A stretch of DNA of 64,000 nucleotides from Syntrophorhabdales bacterium (GCA_050012495.1 JBEKHB010000012.1:5874-69873); one strand, 5' to 3'; positions 35,884 to 44,923 are shown, counted from the stretch's first letter. Translations and numbers: made by a program. The notes: generated by a model from the letters alone, not told the origin.

Positions 35884-37452
35884 TCACCCACCCATCTTTC
35901 TTCTCCTTTCCCTTTCTTTGAGCTCCTTTCGCTTAATCTTCCCGTCCACTGTTTTAGGGAGTTCATCGATAAACGCAATATCTCTCGGATATTCATGCTT
36001 GCTCAGCTTGGTCTTAACAAATTCCTGGATCTCCTTTGCCAGCTTCTCGGAAGGCTCATAACCCGGGTTCAGCTTGATGAATGCCTTAACAATATCGCCC
36101 CGATCCTTGTCCGGACTGGCCACTACACCGGATTCCTCGACGGCGGGGTGTTTCCTGAGAGCCTCTTCCACCTCCACAGGTCCAATGGTATATCCAGCGG
36201 ATATAATGACATCATCTATTCTGGAAACATACCAGTAATAGTGGTCCTCGTCCATATAACCACTATCCCCGAGCTTGTCCCAGTGTTGACCATTATCCCT
36301 GCTAATGGCCATCTGTCCCACAACCCCCGGAGGAACCGGATTCTCGTCTTCATCAAGGACAGCGACCTTGATGCCTCCTATCATCGCCTTGCCGAGGCTC
36401 CCGGGTTTTACCACCCAGTTGTCAAAGCCAAGGAAGTCCATGGCGATGGGTCCCACCTCTGTTGTCCCGTACTGAGTGCCCGGGGAGAAGCCCCAAGTAT
36501 CCTTAATCAGGTTGATAAGCCCCTTCGTCATGGGCTCACCCGTGTAGGAGGCAGACTGTAGCTTTATCTTGAACCGGTCCGCCTTCCCTGATTCCAGCAT
36601 CAATCGGTAGTGGGAGGAGATGGCAGCCATACGGGTGACCCCCCATTCCTCGAGGGCCTCCAAAGCTACCTCTGGATCAAACTTACCCGAGAAGGTGCCA
36701 AGGGCTTTCCCTATGCTCAAGGGCCCAATGGTTCCGTACCATATCCCGTGTCCCCATCCAGGCGAGGAAGGGCAGAAGTAAGTGTCAGGGTCGTAAACAC
36801 CGTTCCCGAGCTTCATGACGACGGCTGAGACTGTGATGGCTCCGTGACGATACATCATCGCCTTCGGGGCCCCTGTCGTTCCGCTGGAGAACTGCATCAT
36901 GCAGGGGGTGTTCACGTCAGTGTTCCAGTTGTAATAATCGTCTTCCTTCTTCAGTTTCTCCATCAGATCATCCGCTACGATAACCTTTAGGCCCAGCCGT
37001 ACGGCCAGCTCTTCATCGATGAGGCTCATCATGTCTTGAGTGGTGACGATGGCACTGGCCTTCGACTTTTCCAATCTGAAATTAACCGCCTCGCGGCCAA
37101 ACAGAGGAAAGCAGGAAACTGCCACCGCCCCTCTCTTAAATATCCCAAACATGCTCGTATAAAACTCGATAGAAGGAAACAGCAGGATCGCCACACTCTC
37201 TCCACGCTCCACCCTTACTCTCTCAAGATGATGAGCAAACTGGGATGTGACCCGGGAGAAGTCACCAAAGGAGTACATCTTGGTGGTGCGATCAGCAAAT
37301 TTGATACGGATCGCTGTCTCGTCTTTTGGATGGCGGTCGACGCATTCGTGGGTGATGTTGAAGTTTGCTCCTCTTCCATCAAAAAGAGACCATCTCTCAC
37401 CCCATTTGAATTTTGCCAAGGCTTCCTCATAACTCTTATAATCCAAAGCCAA
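35884..37452 (-). CDS. AMP-forming acyl-CoA synthetase (medium-chain/acetyl-CoA-synthetase-like)
   Basis: FSSGTTGAPK, QYGTTE, GDSGYMDEDHYYWYVSRIDDVIISAGY and GKIKRKEL. TTG start at 37452, 4 nt after GGAGGTG. Confidence 0.9.
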   Translation of the reverse strand: MALDYKSYEEALAKFKWGERWSLFDGRGANFNITHECVDRHPKDETAIRIKFADRTTKMYSFGDFSRVTSQFAHHLERVRVERGESVAILLFPSIEFYTSMFGIFKRGAVAVSCFPLFGREAVNFRLEKSKASAIVTTQDMMSLIDEELAVRLGLKVIVADDLMEKLKKEDDYYNWNTDVNTPCMMQFSSGTTGAPKAMMYRHGAITVSAVVMKLGNGVYDPDTYFCPSSPGWGHGIWYGTIGPLSIGKALGTFSGKFDPEVALEALEEWGVTRMAAISSHYRLMLESGKADRFKIKLQSASYTGEPMTKGLINLIKDTWGFSPGTQYGTTEVGPIAMDFLGFDNWVVKPGSLGKAMIGGIKVAVLDEDENPVPPGVVGQMAISRDNGQHWDKLGDSGYMDEDHYYWYVSRIDDVIISAGYTIGPVEVEEALRKHPAVEESGVVASPDKDRGDIVKAFIKLNPGYEPSEKLAKEIQEFVKTKLSKHEYPRDIAFIDELPKTVDGKIKRKELKERERRRKMGG

Positions 37453-37550
37453 CTTTCACCTCCAGGGCTGCGATATTGAATCCGGCATTTTCCGTTTTCT
37501 CCAATTGATAACCTTTCAAAATAGTTCTGAAGCAACGAGTGGGGCACGCT

Positions 37551-37566
37551 TAACGAACGTTTGTTT
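37551..37566. promoter_or_regulatory. Second copy of the candidate operator (TAACGAACGTTTGTTT)
   Basis: It shares AACGTTTGTT with 24381-24396. On the minus strand it lies about 10 nt downstream of the -10 box of the promoter at 37577-37604. Confidence 0.5.
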
Positions 37567-37576
37567 TGTTTATCAT

Positions 37577-37604
37577 TTTATAGGAAATCTATTTATTCTG
37601 TCAA
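37577..37604 (-). promoter_or_regulatory. Sigma-70-type promoter candidate for the acyl-CoA synthetase gene (TTGACA-N16-TATAAA)
   Basis: On the minus strand: TTGACA (37604-37599), a 16-nt spacer, TATAAA (37582-37577). Confidence 0.5.
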
Positions 37605-37932
37605 GCAATTTTTTCTGTCTTGGCAACATGATGACTTGTGAAGCATCCCCACATCGGGTGGATAGGATTGTGTTTCTGATGGCGTAGAAATCGGATCAGT
37701 ACAAAGAGGTAACAACCACCGCTCGAAAATTAAAAAAACACGTGACTTGCGAAATGGCATTATCTAAAGGCGAAGGGTTTTTCTCCCCGAGGGAGACATT
37801 AAGGTCCATGAGGTCATTAACTGAAATGATGCAGAACATAACGTCTCGGGACCGTTCAAGTCCGCTGCACAAACTGTGTCTGCTGCTGCGCTTCCAACCG
37901 CTGCTATGGAAGCGGGCCAGCAGGGCGAAAGT

Positions 37933-38550
37933 CTATATCGGGTCCAGTTTTGAATACAGGGCTAGGCCTGCGTCTGTCAAGATGCCGTGGAAGAATAGAT
38001 CGATGAGGATCCGGGCTACGCCCTCAATAGGCTTTTTGTCTCCCTCCCGGTACCACCGGTACGTCCAATTAACCATTCCGAACATGGCAAAGACCACAAC
38101 AGAAAGATCATCAAACCGAATCAATGCGAGGTTTTTCAGTTGCCGTAACTCCCCCATGTAAATATCGTAAATCTTCCGGTGCCGCTTGACAATTTTATTC
38201 TTGTACTTTCTGGAGAGGTTACCGTGTTGCTCAACGAAAATCTTCACTTCATTTTTGTTTGCAGGAATGCTACAGATGTAAACGAACATCATTTGACGAA
38301 GCCGCCCGAGAGGATCGCTATTATCCCTGATAGCATCATCTAGAATCCGCAGGAGACTGTCCCCATTCATCTCGCTGATGGAAAAGATCACCTCTTCTTT
38401 GCTCTTGAAATAGTAATAAAGCATTGCAACACTTACGTTTATCCTCTCCGCAATATCCCGAACCGTGGCTCCCGCGTAGCCTTTCTCTGCAAACAACGAT
38501 GCCGCCGCTTTTAAAACTTTTTCTTTTTCTGGAGGAACTTCCTTTTTCAT
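37933..38550 (-). CDS. TetR/AcrR-family transcriptional regulator
   Basis: N-terminal HTH KVLKAAASLFAEKGYAGATVRDIAERINVSVAMLYYYFKSKEE. Length 205 aa. Confidence 0.9.
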   Translation of the reverse strand: MKKEVPPEKEKVLKAAASLFAEKGYAGATVRDIAERINVSVAMLYYYFKSKEEVIFSISEMNGDSLLRILDDAIRDNSDPLGRLRQMMFVYICSIPANKNEVKIFVEQHGNLSRKYKNKIVKRHRKIYDIYMGELRQLKNLALIRFDDLSVVVFAMFGMVNWTYRWYREGDKKPIEGVARILIDLFFHGILTDAGLALYSKLDPI

Positions 38551-38676
38551 CGTCCCTTCTGCTGATGTGCTTTAATTGACCGCAATAGTTTAACACGGTT
38601 TCTAAAGAACAGTCAATAAGATGCAAGCTCGGGCAAACGCATTTGGACTATACCACGTCATTGGACGGAACCTCGA

Positions 38677-38695
38677 ACTATCTTGCCAAGATAGT
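38677..38695. promoter_or_regulatory. Perfect 19-bp palindrome upstream of the TetR gene
   Basis: ACTATCTTG-C-CAAGATAGT at 38677-38695, about 130 nt upstream of the TetR start. Confidence 0.4.
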
Positions 38696-38838
38696 CTGTA
38701 TCCCACCCAGCCCTGAGCCGCTTGGTCTTAATACTGCAGCATTTTTGCATCGTCCGAAAAAAGAGCGACCAGCGGTTCAAGCCGGGCCAAAAGCACCGTG
38801 TGCATAGGTTCCGAAGGATTAACAGGATTTTGATACGA

Positions 38839-38874
38839 ATCAACTACCCCGCAGCAAGCTGCGAGGTAGTTGAT
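38839..38874. repeat. 36-nt compound hairpin (10-bp plus 6-bp stems)
   Basis: ATCAACTACC-c-CGCAGC-aa-GCTGCG-a-GGTAGTTGAT. It lies downstream (minus strand) of the PaaK-type ligase and small ORF, at the GC-content transition. Confidence 0.8.
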
Positions 38875-38955
38875 TGCAAATTCGGTATGAAACCTCCATC
38901 ACCTGAAGGGCCCGCGCCTTCCCGAAACGAGCACCCGCAGAACGCGCGCCCCTCC

Positions 38956-39111
38956 CTACTCCCCGACCTCCGGCGTGTCGAACCTGAGCAGGTAGGTAAA
39001 GGTCAGGATTATGGACGCGTTTTTCGAAATGGCGTGATTATCGCCTGCCAATGCCTTGATCCGCTCCGCGCTCTTTTCGATGTTCTTTATCTCGTCCCTG
39101 ATCTCATCCAT
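38956..39111 (-). CDS. Small ORF (51 aa) abutting the ligase stop codon; hypothetical
   Basis: It is below the ORF-track length cut-off. My translation is MDEIRDEIKNIEKSAERIKALAGDNHAISKNASIILTFTYLLRFDTPEVGE. The ATG directly follows the TAA of the upstream gene (TAAATG). Codon style matches its neighbours. Confidence 0.4.
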   Translation of the reverse strand: MDEIRDEIKNIEKSAERIKALAGDNHAISKNASIILTFTYLLRFDTPEVGE

Positions 39112-40419
39112 TTAGTGGTCACCTCTCACGTCCTTGAACCGTTTTGCCTTGAGGTCGTACCTGGGCAGGCTGCCGACCGGCTCGACCTTCACCTTGCATG
39201 ACAGGTTCGTCTTTATCTTGTGCCTCTCCGCAAGCCTTCCCGCGACGGCCCCGGCCTCTCCCGATCCGACCTTCGGGTCAAGCTCTATCCGCAGGGTGAG
39301 CTGGTCCATGATGTCCTGCCGGGTCAGCACGATCTCGTACTCCACGATCTCCGGGAACTCCGATCTGACAAGCTGCTCAACGGTCTTCGGAGAGAAGAGA
39401 ACGCCCCGGATCTTCCGTATGTCGTCCACCCTGCCCACAATCTCCATCAGCTTCCCGGATGTCCTCCCGCACTCGCACTCGGAAGGCCCCTTGATGGCCA
39501 CGTCGTTCGTATTAAACCGGATCACGGGGAAGGACCTTCTGCCGAGCGGCGTGATCACGATAACGCCCTGCTCGCCTACCGCCACCTCTTTGGAAAGGGT
39601 CTCCCGGTCGAGCAGCTCAACAATGAAGAAGGGCTCGATGATGTGGAGGCCGTTCTGGGCCTCGCACGTGGCGGCAAAACCGCACGTCTCCGTGCTGCCG
39701 ATATGGTCAAACATCTTGCAGCCGTATGTCGCCTCGATCCGCTTGCGGGTCGCCTCCGGCAGCGGCTCGCCCGCACCCAGTATGCGCTCTATGCCGAAAG
39801 ATTTCGGGTCGATGCCCATTCCCGTCGCCTCCTGGGCGATGTTGAGGATATAAGTCGGGGTTCCGGTCATGGCATTGACCTTCAGCTCGATGATCTTGTT
39901 GACCCTCCCTTTCGTATCGAGGGCGCCGCCGGGAATTACTTCGCATCCCACCTTTTCCGCGGCGTAGTGCGCTTCCCAGAACGCGACGTACACATTATAG
40001 CCGAAGGGAAGGAAGACGCGGTGCCTCGGTCTGAAGCCCGCCATCCAGAGTATGTGGCACCATGCCTCGACCCTCCACTGCCAGCTCTCATAGGTCTCCG
40101 GGACGTAGACCGGCCTGCCCGTGGTACCGCTCGTTTGCCGGAAGGTCGATACCTCCTCGATAGGCACGCCGAGGAGCCCGCCATAGGGAAAGGGGTCCAC
40201 GTTCTCCTGCCACTTTCTCAGCTCTTCCTTGTAGGTGAAAGGGACTTTCTTGATGTCGTCGAATGTCTTGATCTCCTTCGCCTCTATCCCTTTCAGCTTT
40301 TCGGCATAAAGCGGGGAATGGGATTTGGCGTAAGAAAACAGGTTCTTGAAGTGCGATAATTCGATCTTGTTCAGCTTCTCCCTTGGCAAAGTTTCCGTAT
40401 AGTTGTTCCAGTAATCCAT
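39112..40419 (-). CDS. Phenylacetate-CoA ligase (PaaK) / coenzyme F390 synthetase family
   Basis: QTSGTTGRPVYVP, GYNVYVAFW, GTPTYIL and IRGVLFSP, with a C-terminal domain. Length 435 aa. Confidence 0.9.
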   Translation of the reverse strand: MDYWNNYTETLPREKLNKIELSHFKNLFSYAKSHSPLYAEKLKGIEAKEIKTFDDIKKVPFTYKEELRKWQENVDPFPYGGLLGVPIEEVSTFRQTSGTTGRPVYVPETYESWQWRVEAWCHILWMAGFRPRHRVFLPFGYNVYVAFWEAHYAAEKVGCEVIPGGALDTKGRVNKIIELKVNAMTGTPTYILNIAQEATGMGIDPKSFGIERILGAGEPLPEATRKRIEATYGCKMFDHIGSTETCGFAATCEAQNGLHIIEPFFIVELLDRETLSKEVAVGEQGVIVITPLGRRSFPVIRFNTNDVAIKGPSECECGRTSGKLMEIVGRVDDIRKIRGVLFSPKTVEQLVRSEFPEIVEYEIVLTRQDIMDQLTLRIELDPKVGSGEAGAVAGRLAERHKIKTNLSCKVKVEPVGSLPRYDLKAKRFKDVRGDH

Positions 40420-41664
40420 GACTCACCCCTGATCTTTCTTTAATTCAGGCCGGTTCGCCTGTTCTTTCGGCATCATTCCGACAGTCGTCGCCCTCCCGTT
40501 GAAAACAACACCCGATGCCGCGCCCGATGGTATAGAGTTTCATTAAATAAAATGACACTCCATACAGTGATGCTATAGCATGGCGCACTTCTTGTCAAGC
40601 GAAAAAAACGAAGTGCCGGAGTGCCGGCTATTATATCAGCTCTTTTGTTTCCATCGGAATGAGGTGGTGTGCGTTGCGACACCCGATGCAACAGAAAACT
40701 CCGGATGACGGACAACGGATGTCAAAAGCTTGACATCGGGCAGCAACGGCACGTGCTTCCGGAAAGAAACACGTATGACCTGTGAGACAGCCACAAGCCT
40801 TCTTTTATGTGCACTTTTGTTCCTACGGCAGCCCTCGTTGTCCCCCGTCCTGTGCGAAGTTATTAAGGGTCGAAATTACCGCGACATGCCCCCCTTGGCG
40901 TGTTGAAATGAAGGGCTTTGCGGCAGAAGGATTAACATCCAGCCTTGCAGGCACGCTGTTTGCATTATACGAGCAGCGGCCGTAAAAGGCCGCGCTGAAA
41001 GGCCGTCAAGAACTGAAGGAGTACAACAGTGAACGCGTGCATCTTGACAAAGAGACATACAACGGTGACGAGCACACACAGGCCTTATGACAGACCAAAC
41101 GAGCGTCGATAGCTCAAGTGGCGGTAGCCTGCCTGTTTGAAATGCGCTTTTCCCTTTGCCGGAGCCGATCGCTAAGGACCCCGCTTCCAGGGTCACAGCG
41201 AATTGCAGCAGACAAGTAGTCAGAAGTGTAGAGCACTATGAAGCTCTTTGGTTCATCCGGCTCTTGCGTACTTCTGTAATTGAGCGAAAGGCTCCTCCCT
41301 CAATCTGTACAATCTTTCAGGCGGCTATACGTGAGGTTTATTTGCCCCTGTTAGGTAGTGGTCCTCGAAGAGACCTCGCCTTTGGCACGTTTCTCCATTC
41401 CGCAGAACCTTTTCCCTGCGATGCATCCTGTTTGTTAAAGTCCAGAAAAAAGGATCTCCCTATCATTTTTAAAAAAATAGTTCACAGGTCTTAATCCGGG
41501 GCGATTTTCTCCGATAAAAAGTTTTGAGAAGGCAGCACGATTGATCCGCATCCCAGTGACGAGTAATCCGTAGACGCATTTGCTTGGCCGCTCCATCATG
41601 GACAGCAGAATAGAGGCCCCGGGGAAGCGCTTTAAGTGATTAGACTCTTAGGGGGCACCGGGAC

Positions 41665-43389
41665 ATGAGACTCTTCACGGATGTAAAAATCGATCATAAG
41701 ATGGCAATCGGATTCGGCGTCCAGTCTGAACTATCGGATGCAATGGACCTCGCCCACATCGTTTACTGGGAGGTCGATACGACAACCGCAGAGTTCATTC
41801 TCAACAACCCCTTCTACGTCTTTTACGGCACCACCGCCGAACGGGAAGGTGGCTATCGGATGTCCTGGGAAGAGTTCGGCAAAAGGTTCGTGCATCCGGA
41901 CGATATGCCGCTTTTTCAGCAGGCAGCTTCAAGGCGCCTGGCAAGCATGGAACCAGAATTCCTTGACGACGTCGAGCACCGCATTATCCGCAGGGACGGT
42001 GAAGTGCGCCACATCCTGGCGCGCATACGTGTCAGCAGGGATGCCACGGGCCGTATTATCAAATACTACGGTGCAAACCAGGATATCACCGAGCACAAGC
42101 AGGCCAAGGAGGCGCTACTGAAGAGCGAGGCCGCGTACCGTTCCTTGTTCAACAACATGCTCGACGGTATCGCGTGCTGTGAGATGATCTTTGATGACGA
42201 TCGTCCCGTAGACTTTATCTACCTCGACGTCAATAATGCTTTCGAGCGGATAACCGGCTTAAGAGATGTGGTTGGAAAGAAAGTCACCGAGGTCATTCCC
42301 GGAATTCGGGAAGCACATCCAGGGTTGTTCGAGATTTATGGGCGCGTCGTATTGACAGGGAGGCCGGAGAGATTTGAAATTGAGTTTAAACCTCTGGGTC
42401 TACGGCTTTCGATCTCCGTCTATAGCGCCGAGAAGAACCGTTTTGTCGCCACCTTTGATAACATCACAGCCCGCAAGCAGGCAGAGGAGGTTTTGAGGGA
42501 AAGCGAGAGTCGCTTCAAGGGCGCCTTTGAAGCGTCCGGGATCGGCATGGCCCTTGTCGCCCTTGACGGTCGCTGGTTAAAGGTTAACCAGTCTTTTTGC
42601 GGCATGATCGGTTATTCGGAACAGGAACTCCTCGCCAAAACTTTCCAGGACATAACCCATCCGGACGATGTGGGAAACGACCTCGAGTATGTACAAAGGT
42701 TGGTTGATGACCAGATACCCTATTACCGGCTGGAAAAGCGCTACTGCCACAGGGACGGGTATATAGTGTGGGGTGCGTTGAGCGTTTCTCTGGTCCGTGA
42801 TGCCCAAGGCCGCCCGCTGTACTTTGTCGGTCAGATTGAGGACATCACGGAGCGGAAGTTTCTCGAAGAAAAAGTGCAGACCGCCTTGATAACGGATGAG
42901 CTTACAGGTCTGTATAACAGAAAAGGCTTCTTCGAGCTTTCTTGGGAGCAGTTGAAGTCGGCATCTAAAAGGAAGCAGACCTGTACGCTCTTTCTTGTCA
43001 AGCTGGATGACATAAGGCTGGTCAACGAGACACTGGGCCAAAAGGAGGGCGATGCCATCATCATCGCAGTCGGGCGCATGCTTCAGGAAACCTTCGGGGA
43101 ACAGGACGTCGTCGGGCGCATAGGAGGGGTCGAGTTCGCAGTTTTTGCCGTCGGCGCAGTGAATGCCGAACGGGCGCAGCTTCCGGCCAGGCTGCGGGAT
43201 AATGTAATGAGATGGAATAAAGAATATTCTGCAGACTTTCCGATTTCTCTCCGCGTCGGGACGGCCCGTTGTAAATCCGGAAAATCCCTTCGCCTCGAAA
43301 CGCTGATGGCTCAGGCAGACCAGTCGATGTGCGAAGAGAGACGAAAGTCCGCACCGATGCAGGCACCCCGGGCCGTAGCCCGATCTTGA
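41665..43389 (+). CDS. PAS/PAC (x3)-GGDEF-domain protein with a non-canonical GGVEF site
   Basis: Repeated PAS-PAC blocks (DITEHKQAKEAL, NITARKQAEEVL, EDITERKFLEE). The GGDEF fold is TDELTGLYNRKGF...VGRIGGVEFAVFA, and GEQD sits where RxxD is expected. Confidence 0.85.
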   Translation: MRLFTDVKIDHKMAIGFGVQSELSDAMDLAHIVYWEVDTTTAEFILNNPFYVFYGTTAEREGGYRMSWEEFGKRFVHPDDMPLFQQAASRRLASMEPEFLDDVEHRIIRRDGEVRHILARIRVSRDATGRIIKYYGANQDITEHKQAKEALLKSEAAYRSLFNNMLDGIACCEMIFDDDRPVDFIYLDVNNAFERITGLRDVVGKKVTEVIPGIREAHPGLFEIYGRVVLTGRPERFEIEFKPLGLRLSISVYSAEKNRFVATFDNITARKQAEEVLRESESRFKGAFEASGIGMALVALDGRWLKVNQSFCGMIGYSEQELLAKTFQDITHPDDVGNDLEYVQRLVDDQIPYYRLEKRYCHRDGYIVWGALSVSLVRDAQGRPLYFVGQIEDITERKFLEEKVQTALITDELTGLYNRKGFFELSWEQLKSASKRKQTCTLFLVKLDDIRLVNETLGQKEGDAIIIAVGRMLQETFGEQDVVGRIGGVEFAVFAVGAVNAERAQLPARLRDNVMRWNKEYSADFPISLRVGTARCKSGKSLRLETLMAQADQSMCEERRKSAPMQAPRAVARS

Positions 43390-43724
43390 TCGGCAGGAAG
43401 TCCGGTTGCAGTGACATTTGGGGACAGCAGCATAGGCTTATATTTCATGGCGGATTGCGAATGCATAAATTATGCTATCCCAAAAACCTTGCAGAACATC
43501 CGGAATTGTTATTCAATGATTTCTGGGTTAATATGAGAGGTTCTCTCCGTTTTTATGATTGGATGACAAGCTTTGTCAATAAACATGCAAGTCGTTTATG
43601 TAAATCACTCTCGAGTAGAGGCAGGTGGTGTCGAAAAATGGGGATATCTCACCGCAAATCCCGCTGACAAAATAGCGACATTGAATATCTTAAAGTTTCC
43701 ACATGCGTCTGCCCTGCGAAGCAC

Positions 43725-44522
43725 CTATTCTGCCCCTGTGTAGCCCGCATCCCTTGAAATCGCTCTCGCCGTTCCCACGACCTCTTTCACTATCTTTTTT
43801 AGCTCCCCGGAGCCAACCAGGGAAAAGAAGAAACCCACTCCCACGCCTGCGACAACCTTGCCGATAAAGTCACGGACCGGGGCCCCCACCCCTCCCACGC
43901 CTTCGATGGCCGTCCCTTCGTCGATGGCATATCCCTGTTCCCTGACCCGCCGGAGCGATGCATCAAACTCCTCTTTTTTGACAAGGGACTTCTTTGTCGT
44001 GGCCGTCAGAGGGGTTTTCTCAAGGAGCCTGTCGATTTCATCCTGCGGCAGATAGGCCATAATCGCCGAGCCTATCATGCCCCAATAGGGAGGACGCCGC
44101 CTGCCTATATTCGAGGTGAAGGTTATGGATGCGGTTAAGTCCTCCCTCTTGTCCAGGTAAAGCAGCTCCCCGGCGTCCAGAACGCCGAGGAATACCGTCT
44201 TGCCCAGCTTCACCTGCAACTGCGTGAGGTAGGGGGAGGCAATCCTGGTGAGAGAAAAAGAAGAGGCGACGATGCTCCCGAGCTCGAACAGCTTCATGCC
44301 AAGGGAGTACCGCTTCAGCTCCTGGTCCTGCCTGAGGAAGCCGCACTTGATGAGGGTAGCGCACAGCCGGAACACGGTCGCCTTGGGAAGGCCCAGTGCT
44401 TCCGAGAGCTGGGCCAGGCTCAGGGTCTTTCTCTCGTTGCTGAAGGCCGCCATTATCTGCAGGGCCCTTTCAAGCGACCTGTTGTAAAAAGCCCCGTTCT
44501 TGCCCTCGCCCTTCGTCGTCAT
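43725..44522 (-). CDS. IclR-family transcriptional regulator
   Basis: wHTH LSLAQLSEALGLPKATVFRLCATL followed by an IclR effector domain. ATG 44522 follows GAGGAG. The track start at 44621 is further upstream without an RBS. Confidence 0.85.
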   Translation of the reverse strand: MTTKGEGKNGAFYNRSLERALQIMAAFSNERKTLSLAQLSEALGLPKATVFRLCATLIKCGFLRQDQELKRYSLGMKLFELGSIVASSFSLTRIASPYLTQLQVKLGKTVFLGVLDAGELLYLDKREDLTASITFTSNIGRRRPPYWGMIGSAIMAYLPQDEIDRLLEKTPLTATTKKSLVKKEEFDASLRRVREQGYAIDEGTAIEGVGGVGAPVRDFIGKVVAGVGVGFFFSLVGSGELKKIVKEVVGTARAISRDAGYTGAE

Positions 44523-44818
44523 GCTCCTCACCCGGCGGCCGGCCCGCTGCACCGACCCGGCACGCCTGTTGGCGCCGCACCGGCCGTCGCATCCATGTGG
44601 AAACCCGCCGTCCGGTTCCACTCAATAAAGTACCATTTCACGAGACAGAAGAAAATATAATAGGGCCTTTTGCGAAAATAATCACCGTTGTGGCCTCCTT
44701 TTTCCAGGCTCAGCCTGGTCAATCAATGCCTCAATTTTGCAAAATGCCCTTTATTCAACATTCAGCCGACCCACACGCTGAGATGCCCCTAAATTCAACA
44801 TTGCCTCTATTATGGGCG

Positions 44819-44846
44819 TAAAGTATTCCGCGGCAGATGCCGATAA
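44819..44846 (+). promoter_or_regulatory. Sigma-28 (FliA)-type promoter candidate upstream of motA
   Basis: TAAAGTAT...GCCGATAA: TAAA (44819-44822), a 16-nt spacer, GCCGATAA (44839-44846). The consensus is TAAA-N15-GCCGATAA. It lies 78 nt before the motA start. Confidence 0.6.
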
Positions 44847-44923
44847 TTAGAGAGACGGCTCTTGAGGAAAATGGCCTTCGGCGGACCTGACGCTTCAAGT
44901 GCCGACGCAAAAGGACGGAGACA

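Noticed and set aside
35878-36561. A 227-aa plus-strand ORF antisense to the acyl-CoA synthetase gene
   Set aside because: The minus strand encodes complete AMP-binding motifs, and the plus-strand translation is featureless.
38722-39201. A 159-aa plus-strand ORF spanning the hairpin region and the end of the PaaK-type ligase gene
   Set aside because: It has no RBS or domain, crosses a strong hairpin, and is antisense to the ligase gene and to the coupled 51-codon ORF, which has a better context.
39134-40359. Two long plus-strand ORFs (239 and 379 aa) antisense to the PaaK-type ligase gene
   Set aside because: They are GC-rich antisense artefacts. The ligase motifs are on the minus strand.
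40581-40596. A sigma-54-like TGGCGC-N5-TTGT on the plus strand
   Set aside because: The -12 element is TTGT rather than TTGC, there is no gene for more than 1 kb downstream, and the same bases form a TTGACA box on the minus strand facing the PaaK-type ligase gene.
40420-41664. A known structured RNA (RNase P, tmRNA, SRP RNA, 6S, c-di-GMP riboswitch) in the ORF-poor gap
   Set aside because: I could not find the conserved core sequences of these RNAs by eye. This is only a weak negative and needs an Rfam scan.
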